Below are positions 39,400-52,738 of a stretch of DNA of 64,000 nt, one piece after another. Numbering within the stretch: position 1 is the stretch's first letter; each line of letters starts with the position of its first letter. Under the pieces are notes generated by a model. That model did no database searches and had not been told where the DNA came from. It saw nothing but the letters and a program-made list of their open reading frames with translations. The stretch is from Balanoglossus misakiensis (taxonomy: Eukaryota; Animalia; Hemichordata), in NCBI GenBank assembly GCA_040954595.2, contig CM082580.2, positions 12,228,909 to 12,292,908 on the forward strand, written 5' to 3'. The translations under genes were made by a program, and so were the position numbers.

Positions 39400-42300
39400 G
39401 GCCAACGCAGAGGCATCAGTAGACAACCTGAGCGACGGGACAACGTCCGACGACTTGGATGCAGAGATGGACAGCGACCAGGAGGAAGATCTGGACAAGA
39501 TGCTCGGGACGTGGCTGGGTGAATTGGAAAACATGACCAAGGTGAGATGTCGAGGTCATGACCGTGGTCACCGTCAGGTGATCTCTCGCTCATGATTCTC
39601 AAGAGGCATATTTGTGAAAAAATCTACAGAACTTCTACAATTTCCATCTTTGCATAATTTTATGATTGATTCGTCAACAGCAACTTGGCGGTACTGATGA
39701 TGATACCAGCGTGACTCTGCCAGTTCCTGTAACACCGCCACCTCCAACACCAACGATGGGAAATCTGGACAATTTCCGATTCTCAATGGCCAACTTGGAA
39801 GGTATGATAAATTTGTAATTCAGTTTTCATATATCTCTGCATACTTCACATATCATTGTGGTTAAATTGGAGTAAATGTAAGGAGTAAAAATATGGTCGT
39901 CATACATGAGGTTTCAAATAAAAATCACAGAGGTGTGGAGGAAGTTTTAGAAAGTGAGGATAAACATATACAAGCTATGGCAGACCGACAGACAGACAAC
40001 TGGACAGACAAGCTTGAGGTAAGACCAAGGGAGTAGAGGGATATGTAAAATAACATGGCAATTTGTCAGCAATTGGTCTCATGCAACTGAACTATATTCA
40101 CACGTTTCACAGAAATCACACAGTCAATTTAAGTACATATATCTTGTCAGACATTCTTTCCTGAAACACATATCCTGGCATATGTTGGCGGTATACAGTG
40201 TGTCGGGGTCATCTGAGGTCATCCAACAGCAACAGCAGACCCCACACTGTTTACCTTAGTTCACTGATTGATTGATGTGTGTAGCATAGTCATACTATCA
40301 GGGTTCATACACTCCTGGAAAGTCCTTCAATATCTTAGGAAAATGACATTTTCAGGACAATTAATTTAGCCACTTCTGCTATCATAAAATGTCGATCATC
40401 GTGAAGAACATTTGGCAACAAACAGTTGTAAAGAAGTCCTGGAATTTTGCGTGACTTCGAGTGTAAGAACCCTATACAATGAAAGTGTGACATTTCACTA
40501 CTCCAATCCTTATGCATGAATACTTTTCACTGGTAAAAATGTAAGTGTTCGAAAACATGGTAGTAAAAGGGTGTAAACAGTGTTTTTCCAATTTTACTTC
40601 TCTTAACATACATGTATGCTGATAATGTTGTTAGAGTGTGTTAAATTGTGTGAGAAGTGTGCATGTATAATTTCATTTCGTTTGCGATTTTGGACCACCA
40701 GTGTTTGTTGTTTTTCTTTCTGGCACATTGTGTACTTTTTCCCTCCCCATGCAGAATAAGGTGTTTTTGTTTTGTTTTCATCTCTCATAACGAGTAATTT
40801 GGAATTGCAAGGTTTCATGGAGCAGATGTGTGACTGTCTCCCAGTTGCATGAGTTCTTATTCATGATTACTCCCTTGTGATGTTGAATTTTCCCTGTGTG
40901 TGCGTTTTAATATTATTACTTTGAGCAAAATGGCTGTTAATTGGTGCATTGGTGTGGCTGTAATGAGTTATGGGTGTAATTTAATTGTGGAGCTGTCGTT
41001 TTCTGTAGCTAACTAGGTTCAGTACTCGGTGTACTGCTACAACTGAACATACGGTACACACGTACATTTTACTTCCACACTCTAACAAAACTGATATGTA
41101 ATGGGAGCATACAATGTAATTTTACTGTAATTTAAAGCAATGATAAAAATTTAATTTCATTAACCAGTTCATACATAATCCTCTTTCCCAAATCCAAAAT
41201 AGATCAATTCATTTATTAACCATGGCAGCTGCTTATTTACTTAAATCCCGAGGCAACGTGACATTCCAAGAAGAAAATAATTATTTCAAGCTGCTTCACC
41301 TAAATGACTTTTCGATTACATGCCAACTGTAACCTCCACTTCAAATGTGCAGTTTTAGAATAATTTGCCAATAATTGGAGACTTTGCTTTTATCGCTAGA
41401 CCACACCATGGTTGCTGTTTCATCAACAGTTTTTTTTCAATTTTTTTCTTTGCGCGTGTGCCTTTTTTCAGCACGAATCATTTCAAAATTCCACATCAAG
41501 ACAATATCACCATATTTAGAATTAATAGTAGCCGTGGCAACCAATTAATGCAATTTTTCTTTCAATTGAAGTAAAACGACATGTGGTCTCGCATGGGCTT
41601 GCTGTGAAATGTCAATGAAAAATGTTGCTTTTCTGCCGCCATAGAAATATTAACCTCAGGTCATTTAGCACATGTTGTGTAGAGTCATGAAATATTATGT
41701 GAATCTCTAATTCCTTTGTAGGAAAGCAACAAATCTTGGCACAAAAAGTTCTGATTGAGTAGAAAATGGGAAGTCCGTGTAATCCTGTCGTCGTAAATTT
41801 GCCATCAAAGAAACTCTTTGATTATTGAAAATAACACTTGAAATAACTTGACAGATTTGATGTGCAGTCTCATTGGTTAGAGCTAATTTGGACACAGCTG
41901 ATTGCTGCCTTCCCATTGGTTAAAACTACATCAGTCATTTCAGACACGCTTCATCATGCCATGTTTATACTATTATATCAGTCTACCTTATTCATCAATG
42001 CTTTCTTTGCTGAAATAACAGCTTTTGCGAACATTGCATCATTCTGTAATCTCAACAAACTTCTTTTGCACTCTTCTGACTGTCTTCAATTTCTCTTCCC
42101 ACACTTTCTATCATTCTTTCTCTCTCTCGTGTATATTTCAACTTTGCAGCCAGGATGCAGCAGATGAAACCACAAGGTAACTTCACATTAACTCTTCACA
42201 ACTGACACGACAACTACAAATACAATATTCCAGTATGTGTGTGCAAATCTGCATAGTTTCCTTTCCAAGTTCTGTGTACTTTTAACGATTCATCGAGAAA

Positions 42301-45300
42301 AGAAATTTGCCAGTTACTTTTCGCTGCCCTTTACAAAGCTGACAAAAACACAAGTGTGTAGACCAGCCATACACTATGTGTGATTTTTCACCAAGGTATT
42401 ATGCCATGGGACGCATATACATTCATGAAAAACGTGCAAGTGGAATTATTGGAAAGGAAACGTCAGATTTGCTCATATCCGCTGCTGTGCTTTCACAGCA
42501 CTCGCTTGTCATTTGCTCCTTTCATGTTAAGCTGCCAGACACTAATAGTTGTTATGAATTTCCCCAAACAACTTTTCATTAATTTGAAAGGAGTTACGAA
42601 TAAAGTTGTCCAGTTGAGTGGCATATTCTCATTAGAATTATTGAAATAATTAACACTCGAGGGCAATGCCAAGTCAAATTTAAATATGAATTTTAATCAT
42701 AATACTTTATGTTGCAGTCTCAAGCAGTTTCTCTGGTCTCTTGAGCATTTGATTGGGCAACAAAATATTTCACCTAAGTTAATTTCCTGAATGGAGTGAA
42801 TATTAAAAAAATCATAAGCTGGTGCAATTTTGTTTTCATTATGAAATTGAAAACCCTGAAGGGAAAAAGTAAAGGATGTGAAAATGCAATGGCTACCCCC
42901 TGTGTCTTGTTTCGTGCGTGGACTTCATTGCGATCATCTTACATGTATATGGTTTGCTAGATGGTAAAGTAAAGATAAGGATAGAGCCATTGACCTGGTT
43001 TTAGGAAGTGATGTTTTTAAGCACACAGCAATCATGAGTGCAGATGAAATGGACTGTGATTCCATGACATTAGAGTGGCAAATGGAACCATTTACAGTGA
43101 CTGTATGCTTTGGCATTTCTGATTTCAAGCGAAGCATTGTCGGAGGAAGCTCACTAAAATTTTAGGTTCTCACAAGACACTTCTGGCTGAACGACCAATA
43201 AAATATCACAATGTTATCAAATCAGGCCATTTTGTGTTTTACATGTACATCTGCGTAGTGTTCACTGCATTGTGGAACAGAAAAGGACTGTTCCACAAGA
43301 AAAGGTCTATAACATCTGTGATGCTTTCAGAATGCTTTCACTGGTGAGCTGTAGTCAAGCAAATTACAAAGGATGACTCATTCCCCAGCTATCAGAAAAT
43401 TGATCTCTCTGACCTTATCAATATCTATTATATCATACAGCAGAATTGCCGCACAAGTGGAAAAACTCTTGATACTCAGATTTGCATTGCGTTGTTCTCG
43501 GAAGGATCTTGGATTTTCTTTGGTTGCAAAGGAAATCCATTTTTCACAGGGAGTGATCCGTGAAGATTTGCATGCATGGGTTAAGATGATCTATTGTACT
43601 GGAGTGTGCACTCACAGAAAAATCAACCTGCTGGTTTCAGGGAGAGGAAAGCACATCATTTTTGTGTAGTGAGGCATCATGAATTCTTAATACCGGGAAG
43701 CACATGCGTACGTGGCCGGTGAAATGTTTACACGAGCAGGCCAGCATTGACTCACTGTTAGGCAGTTTGACAGCGTTTTTGCAAGTTGGACAAATATATC
43801 ATCAGCAGGTGACTTTTTCACCCTGCTGTGAAAGGAGAATTTAATTTTATCCCTCTCACTCTCTCTCCCTTTCTGCAAAAAATTAAATCACACAGTGACA
43901 TGACTTTGATGATGCATCATAGTGCTCTGCTGTGAGAGGGTTGCAAAATGCAAGAATCATTTCTGGTTGACATGGTTTGCGTGTTGCCATTAATAATGCC
44001 TGCAGGGGCAAACGAGATGATATGTAAATAATGAGGAGTCAAATTGCGGAATGATATTTCGACAGAAGCGGAGATGGATTGAGGACGACATCAGTTTTGA
44101 AATTGACTTGCTAGCTTGTAATTGTGCTTTGAGGAGGACTACGATCATTTGAACACATATTACTGATGGATTGCTGTAACCGTCTCAGCTCACACCAGTG
44201 TGTAAGTGCATGTGTTCCTAGTTGTTGGAATTAAAAACTATCTCGGAGACTAATTAAAATAACTTAAAAGCCACAATTAGCTTTGGCAACATTTTCCTGC
44301 AGACATTCAAGGTTAGCGAAGTGGGACAGTGGGAGTCACTAAAATCAGATTAAAGGTCACCTCCCATGCATTTGTCACCTGAACAAAAAGAAAGCAGGAA
44401 AGCCTAGTGATGATTGACAGGGACGCATAGACTTGACAATATGCTAATTAGGAATCAGAATTGTGTGACTGCTGAAAAATTTATTTCCCTGCGTTTAGAA
44501 ACGACAAGAAGAATGTGAAGCTAGGGACGTAGAGTGGGATGACTCATCCATGTCTTGAGATCATTATATGCTCAAAGGGAATTCTAATGTGTGGTCACAG
44601 ATGTTAATAAATTCAATATTTCAAGGAAAAAGTATATCAATTACAGACTAGCTGCATCTCACTGCGCTTCACTGTGTATAGCATTTCTGAGATGAGACTA
44701 ATCTAGGATCTGAAATAGGTTTTCTTCGGGGTGTGCTGACTATACCTGTTGGGGTTACCAGCTTGTTTTATTTAAGTGCACCCAAGTGGCATTTTGGAGT
44801 TCTACATGGCATGGTGAACATAGGACTGTAGTCTGCACTGTATCACCAAAAGATGGTAGATAAACGGGATCAATCATTCAAATGCATTGATGATGACCTA
44901 GCTGTGTCTGTTTTGTATCAAAAGTTAACATCCTCACTTAATCTGCATATTCAAATTGTAAGATTCTCAAGTTTCATTAATTCCCTGGCAGTTCTCTCTC
45001 GTCTGTCTTGAATGGAAGAAGAAACTGGTGAACAGAGTTTCGGGGACCATGGATTTGATTTGCGTTTCCATATTTATGGGGAAGAGACTCTTCACCAATG
45101 AAGGAATTCATGATTGACAACCCCATAAGTACCTACATCTACACGTACAGAATAAATGTGACAGACTGATGAAGTTATATCCCACACAGGGGATCTGAAA
45201 TGTGTCTTCACAACGAATGAAGCCTTCGTTAAATGAAGTTGATTTAATCGAATAGAACATCCTGGCAGGAACTGTTCCATTGATTTAAACGCTTTCATTA

Positions 45301-48300
45301 TTCATGAATCATCAGCCGCATTCAGACTGTGTGGCCTGACCTCTGACCTTGGCCTCAGATTGAAAGAAAGCCATTATTTGGTGGGGGGGGGGGGGGATTT
45401 TCTGTGCAAGTGTTCAGGTGAATTTACTGGGGGTGGCGTAACGGTCTTTCTACTCAGCGAGGCAAGAAAATGAAATTAGAGAAAAATGAAAGAGCTTTAA
45501 TGATGACGGACGTGTGATGGCCGAGTATGACGTGTGAATGTTCGCAGACGGTACGATCAAAGTCGCAGTGGCAACTTTGCTAAGAATGTTGTTTTGTTGG
45601 TAAATTACACTATTTATACTTATTTGGTCTGATAGGATAGAGGGATAGTGGTATCGATGATTAGTTGCTCTATCACACACTAGAGCTTCATTAGTTGTAA
45701 CTTTCGGTGACTTTCTGTTTTTGTTGGGTAACAACTTAAGTGTGTGATCGACTCCCTACAGACTCTGAAATCAAGAATTATGGTGGTTTTTTTCAGGTAT
45801 TCACAAGTTGGCATTTTACAAAAAGTGTATGTATTATCGTAAAATATTGTGCATGTTTCGGGAATAATCTCTGCCTGAATATAGCCTTTGGATGAAAAAA
45901 ATTTAAACTTCAGGTGTTGCTTTTTATTGCCATAGAAACACAAGATGTGGACTTGGATGCATTGCTGGGCGACCTCTGTCAGATGGAAAAGGAATTAGAA
46001 TGGCAGGCAGATCAGCAAAACCAGAATGCAGCGCTGGAGCCAAGACAAGGCCAAGATGAAACTGACTTGGGCATTCCCATGTTCCCGCAAAACGGGAATG
46101 ACGACAGTCCACTTGACGTGTTTGCGAGTGAAATAGACAATGCCATGGCCAACCAGAGGACAAACGACGGTGACATGAGCGTGGCCAATGTCGCTGTGGT
46201 GTCCCCCGCGGCCCAGACCATTTCCACAGTGCCTGAGCAGGAACCCTCTTCCGTTTCTGCCCCGACCGATTTGCCAATCCCCTACCCCATCTCCCCCGTC
46301 TCCGCACCCACACCGACGAGATCGCCCGCGGGAACACCAACGTCACAGAAGGAGAGGTGGCCAACGCCACCACCGCCGGTGATAATGTCACCATCGCAGA
46401 CGACGCCAACAGTGAAATCACCACCTCCCATCGGCACATCGCCTACAACGCCGTCGCCAACAACAAAGTCACTGTTAAGCCCTGGTTTCAAGTCCCCGAC
46501 AAATACACTAGAGAAGGTAAGATAAGACTGGTATCACACAGGCATTTCTGGCATTGAAAATATTCATATCATGTACACACAATCCATCAGAAGTTACATA
46601 TTCTATTTTTAACTTGTCTATGCCATCACCACTACCACTGTTCCAAATGACAGAGATAATTTTTGTGTTCAGATGTCACATAGTGTGAGAGTCAGACTTG
46701 AAAGTTTGCAAGACAATCTGGACAGAGAAGAACTCACAGAGGAGGAGAAAGTCGCCAGAGTGAAGGCTGAGAAGATAAGAATCGCACTTGAGAAACTCAA
46801 GGAGGCAAGAATAAGAAAGGTAGGCAAGTGAGACAAATTTTCAGAACAACACAATTTTCACACTCGCACACTGATTGAGGGGAAAGTCTCTGATGTGCTT
46901 GCATAGTGTGATGCATACTGTAGTTTCAACCCTCAATCCAGTGCCTGGCCTGTGTGGATGGAGTGATTAGTACCAGTCTGGCAGTGATAGCACTGTGCTT
47001 GTCCTTCACTAACCCAAATGGAGGAGAGGCCTTGTCCGTCATCCATGGGTTAACTATCAATCAGTAGTCATCTGATTTAAGAAGAGGTTAGTTTTATAAC
47101 AACGTTTTACCTATGGTAAATTTCACAGCTAATCATTCGGGTGTACACCGAGTGCGGAAGTTCCAAGACGGTGCTCATTGATGAGAGCATGACGAGTCGC
47201 GATGTATGTCATTTACTGGTGGATAAGAACCATTACGAAGAAACGCCAAACTGGGTTCTCGTGGAGAGATTACCTGACCTCTACATGGGTAAGTTGTCCT
47301 GCTTTCAATTTCCAGGGCTCCTTTTCAGTTATAATTAAATGACTTGGAACTTTCTCTCAACGAAGTCACAGAACTACGTAATGCAAATGAGATGTAATTC
47401 ACAGTCATAAGTGCACTAAAGCTGACCTTGCCTGCCATTTGCAGACAATATCTGTCCATTATCGGCTGAAGAAATGAAAAGGAGAACTTCCTTGAATTAC
47501 TTAATTGACTCTGTTGTAAACATGAAAGGATGCCATCTGGGTAGTCTGCAAGTCATTAAGATAGAAAGTCTCTTGTATGACCTCCAGGAACAGTATATGT
47601 GTAATGCATGAATGCATGTGAGGCTGGCTTTATCCTCTGGTCTTAACTTCAGGAAATCCTGAATATTTAGAGGGAATTGATTCATAATGAACAGTAAAAA
47701 CTGTAAGGTACCATATTTCTACCCAGTCATATACACGTAATTTTTTTCCTCGGTCACCCTTACAGAGAGGATACCAGAAGACCATGAACACATAGTTACT
47801 GATGTACTCTTGCTGTGGCCAAGGGAAACCAACAACACACTACTCTTCATGGAGAAACGAGAAAAATATGCCCTTTTCAAAAACCCACAGGTAAGGTCTT
47901 CACCAGCTGTCATAGTTCGAACCCTCAAAAGTGAAATTGCAAAAACAGTTTTGAAATGAGCCTGTAATATTTTGTTGTCAGTGGATGCCAAGTTTGTCCA
48001 GCTTTTTGTGTTGTGAATATTGGGTGATGTTTTGTGACTTTCTCTATTTTCAGCATTATCTACTGTCAGCCAAGTCCTCGAATACTGCTCAAGAATTTGC
48101 GGAGAAGACAAAGCAAGATTTGATTGATGAATTTTTTCTGAGTGGTGCTAATTCAGTTGTTGAACTGGAAGGCTTTCTGTTTCTCAAGGCAGAAGGCAAA
48201 AAGTCATGGAAGAAACATTTCTGTATGCTAAGAGGATCAGGGATATATTATTGTCCCAAGGGAAAATCGAAGGTAGGGCAGCTTTGTGTTTTGTTATCCA

Positions 48301-51300
48301 GTTTAACATTCTCCGAGTTCTTGTGCAGTTTTCATATATGTATACACATTTTGCACCAGTTGAAACTTTTGATGATTATGAGAGAGAACTTTGTTGTCTA
48401 TTGAAAATATTGGAAAAGCAAGAAATGAAACAATGAATTATATATAATCCGTGTATTTTGCCTTTTTTTGCAGTCATTGAAAGATCTTGTCTGCTATGTA
48501 CAGTTTGAACACGTCAATGTCTACAATGGTGTTGGCTGGAAGAAGAAGTACAAGGCACCGACTGATTTCTGTTTTGCTTTGAAGGTAAATAAAAACAATT
48601 CTTATTGCTCCTAAATTCACCGACATCTCCTCGTGTTATTTCTGAATGAACTGCACGATATCTGAATTGTAATTTCTGAATTTGACATTTTGCAGCATCC
48701 ACAAATTATGCAGAAGTCCAAATACATCAAATACATGTGTGCGGAAGACTACAGGACAGCTCAGCGATGGATAACAGGAATTCGCATTGCAAAAGTATGT
48801 CCATCTTTCTTGTTACATGTTAATTGCACTGGGACCGTAACAGAGTGGCCAAGATATAGAGGTGGCCACTATAAACACAGGTTTGTCTGTAAATTTGGTG
48901 TGGTACAACACAGTCTATGCTTAACAATAGTAAGTGCTATGTAAGCCAGTATAAAGTCTGCCTATAATGGAAAAACTTTCCACACCACAGTATTATTAGG
49001 TCCCCATTGGGTATATGTATACCATATGGATCTTATGGAATCAGCAGCATCTGTATGTTCTTTTTGCTCTGTTGTTATCACAGTGTGGGAAGCAGCTACA
49101 CACCAACTACGAACAGACCTTGAAAGAGATGTCGGACTACACCAGCAACTTGGGCAGCATGCGAAGCAGCGACACCAGCTCCATGGCCAGCGTCCAATCA
49201 AGTGCAAGCTCCCAAGGATCACAGAGCTCCCAAGGTAGCTCACTCACCAGTGCCCATTCCAGCCCAGGCTCCCAGAGTCCTGCCGCCACCTCCTCCTCCA
49301 ACACCTCGCCGGCACCACCCAGTCTTCCTCCTAAGACTAGTTTACGGTTTCAAAACACGCAAAAACGTTCGCCTATACCTGAGTGCATGAGTACCACTGT
49401 TTACACTAATACTAATAGCGCATATCAAGGTAAGACCAAATCTTATTCTCAAATTGCCCCACCCCTCTCCCCCATTACAAAAGTTCATATGGCCTTGGTC
49501 TGTATACAATGACGGTCACGTCATATTTTTTATCAATCATCACATCATATCATAACAAAATTCACAGTCACACTTGTTTTGCCTGTTTGTAATGTCTGTC
49601 ATTGTTCAACACTGTATTAAACATGAAAAGTCCTTAACTACCTCTTTTCTCTTGGTCTGAGTAATTTTTGTTTTCAAAATGTGCCTGTTTATTTTTTAAA
49701 TACATTATGTCACTCTGATAACCTTTTTCCTTTTCAGTTCTATAATGTCGTTTTACACAAACACTCATTATCGTCTGTATTTTACTTTGATGTGAATGTT
49801 TTGACTAATTTTCTCACTTCAATACAGGTCACACAGTTTATGTTCACACGTCTCATGTTTGCATGCCCAATATACGTGTCACTTTTATTTTTCCTTTCTA
49901 GGGGTCCTTTTATCTTTATCTTCCAAGCATTTGATGTGTTAACAAAAGATCTAGATACATGTTTATGCAACCTTATTGTAATTTGATCATGCATGGTTGT
50001 ACTTATTTTAAATATTGCCTGTTGTATCTGGTAAATGTAATGTCTTTGGGAACTTTCAGTACTGCAGCGCAATGCAGTTGTAAGCAAATGTTATCGAAGA
50101 ACATTGTTGACATGAAATTCAACTTCTCTCAATTTCTGTCTGCAGAAGCAAGTGGCACTGGCAGCATCAGCAGTCGAAGTAACACAATGTCGCAGACACA
50201 CAAAAGTGTCGGTGATGTCTTCGCGTCTGCTTGGAAGAAAGGCAGTGAATTGCAACAACAGCAGCAAAAGGTGAGGAACTATAGTTCTCTTCAGTTTGCA
50301 AGGGAATTTTTTAGTCCTTGGGTGCCGTGCATAGTAATGGGATATTTCATGTGCAAAACTTCTACACTGCTCAGTTTTTTGCAAACATTTTCCTTAGACA
50401 TTGTGGTGGGAAATATAACGTTAAGAATAATGGTGCTGGGACATGTGCCATGCATTGCCACTATAAAGCTCACATCGGTGATACTGTGTATACATACAGC
50501 TGGTAGATCACATGCTGTCATCTTCAGATAGACAACATTGAGACATTTCTGTGAAGATTCCAGTCTCTATATGCACTATTTCCACTGACTTTATAGAAAC
50601 TTTTACATTGTATAAAGCATTTTACTCTGACTGACAAGTTCAGACACTTGGGCAGTCTTTGAGGGCCACCAACACAAAATCTCTAACCACAGATTATCAA
50701 GTTCACTGTCAACACGCAGTGACTGACAGGTACTCGTGTAATTCCTCTGCAGGATGATCGAATGTCTGTGTCGTCTGTGGCAACACAAGACAGTGACTTT
50801 TCAGAACCAAAGAGTCAGGTAGGAAAGCTGTATAGAGACACCAAGAGTGGTGAATGAATAGTGCATGTAGATCCCCCCGTAGAATGTGTGAGGTCAGTAG
50901 TGTTTATATTTTCTTTGCATGGCAATCATTTCATCTCTGCTGTCTGCTCTCTGCTGTCACCTGTAGTAAATTGCATGATTCACCGCTGTATGCTTTGCAT
51001 GCGTAAGTGATGGTGTTGTGGGAATCTCATAGAACAGTATATGGCAGCCTGATTATTGTTTTGCTGGGTCCGAGTTTTCCTTTTACACTGGCCCTGTGAG
51101 AACAGAACCTTGTGTTTGGTGTTGAATTTATAGTGCAATCTGTGTAAGATCAGTGTCGTGTGTCCAATGTCTGTTGTGATAGCCCAGTCAACTCACTGTC
51201 CTGGGTCCAGTGTCTACCACTGTTGAAGTAGCCCAGACAGGTCAGTGTACATGTAGATCCTGTGGTGTCAGCCTATTCTGCAGTAATCCAGTGATATATC

Positions 51301-52738
51301 CCTTAACATATGTGAAACGAAAAATGTTAAGAGTAAAGTCTTCCCATACATGCATGAATGATGTATGTGATAACACACCTTATAAATGCAGATATCAAGC
51401 TATCTTATTGAAATCTCACGACTAATCTAACACCAGGAAGATCTGCTGGTAATGACTTTGGTGCTGTCAGTAATTCATAATAATCAGTCTTTATGACAAA
51501 TACTAAAATGACTAACTACAGGTATTTAAAAAATACTAATAGCATGAACGTTTATTACTCTGTTGTCAGATATTATTGTCAGTCACTTTGATCTGACGAA
51601 AAAGTATTTCAATTTTGAGTAGGTGATAAAATTCTCTGCGTTTAAAATTCACGCACTGACTCCACTTTTGTTTTGCATTTCACAGAGTTCTAGAAGTAGC
51701 AGCATGTCAATTAGCAGCGGCAGCACTAACTCACAGATATGGCAGAGGGAGAGGGATCTGGCACCACAGGGAAGGCAAACAATTGCTGGAATACCCTTGC
51801 AAGGCATATTGAAACCCTCACCACATCCACAGAAAGTGGAGGCGCCAAAACAGCACCCGGACATGGACATCCAGTCGCAGCTTTTGCAGTTGGAATTGGA
51901 TCTGGAAAAACAATCGTCGACAGAGACGGTCTCGCACCCGCAGCCCGGAGCCGTGAGGTTGCCGGGTTTCCCGATGTCGCCCTCGAAGAGGGGAACCGAC
52001 GAGATTGACGGCAATGCCAACCAAGTTCCGGTGACTACAGTTAAAGTCACAGCGAGAGACAGGGAGGCTGTGTCGGTTACCGTCAAGCCCCCGACCGGAC
52101 TGACCAAACACGAGTCCTTGAAAAAGGAGAAACCTCCACCACCGCCGAAGAGGACTGGAGACGCCATGTCCAGAAGCGCATCCGTGGGCAACTATAAAGG
52201 GATTAGCCCGACACGGGATAGCCAAAAACGCGTCCAATTCAGGGACGATCCAGAGGTCGACATGCCACCCCCACCTGCCAGGATACCGACACCACCGCCC
52301 ACAGACACTGACCCCTTGCCCCCTCCCCCGTTTCCCAGTAACGTGCCACCACAGAGGGTGACCACCCCCACGACGCCTAGTTTTCCCAGTCCCCCGCCGC
52401 CACTGACACCAAGCTTAGCCAACATCGCGTCACCGTCAACCCCAGACTTTCCGGCACCACCTCCCCTTTCCGCAAGCGTGGACGAGGCGGACATCACCCC
52501 CATGATGAGACCCAAATCGGCAAGTGCTGGAGAGAAAATCGGACACCTAACTGTAAACCCGGGATTCCTGGCCGACCTCAACAAGGCCGTGCAGGGTCAG
52601 CCACATTCGCCGTCGGCGTTACCACAGCAACAGCAGCACAGCGGTAAAAAGCAACCCCCTCCGCCACCAAAGAGAAGTGGGGGTTCATTGAGCAAAGGAA
52701 AGAAATTACCACCCCCTCCCCCTCAAAGATTTACTTGA
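39400..52738 (+). CDS. RAPH1: MRL-family adaptor (lamellipodin/RAPH1, RIAM/APBB1IP, MIG-10/pico-like): N-terminal helices, coiled coil, RA and PH domains, proline-rich tail
   Basis: Exons: 39400-39541, 39681-39801, 45936-46516, 46673-46819, 47129-47288, 47766-47890, 48054-48272, 48474-48584, 48696-48794, 49084-49429, 50146-50270, 50753-50818, 51686-52738. Motifs DSDQEEDLDKMLGTWLGELE and VDLDALLGDLCQMEKEL resemble the lamellipodin N-terminus. KAEKIRIALEKLKEARIRKLIIRVY marks the coiled coil and RA start, and KYALFKNPQ the RA end. LEGFLFLKAEGKKSWKKHFCMLRGSGIYY...WITGIRIAK is the PH domain. FPSPPPP/FPAPPP/LPPPPP are EVH1-type ligands. The start codon and upstream exon(s) are not resolved. Confidence 0.9.
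42150..42176 (+). CDS. Candidate 27-nt frame-preserving cassette microexon of the RAPH1-like gene
   Basis: A long pyrimidine tract (about 42060-42145) is followed by TTTGCAG|CCAGGATGCAGCAGATGAAACCACAAG|GTAAC. Phase 1-1 matches the flanking exons and reads ARMQQMKPQ with no stop. Confidence 0.5.

Noticed and set aside
51649-52584. Gly-rich antisense ORFs (also 45924-46491)
   Set aside because: These are shadow frames of the Pro/Ser-rich RAPH1-like exons.
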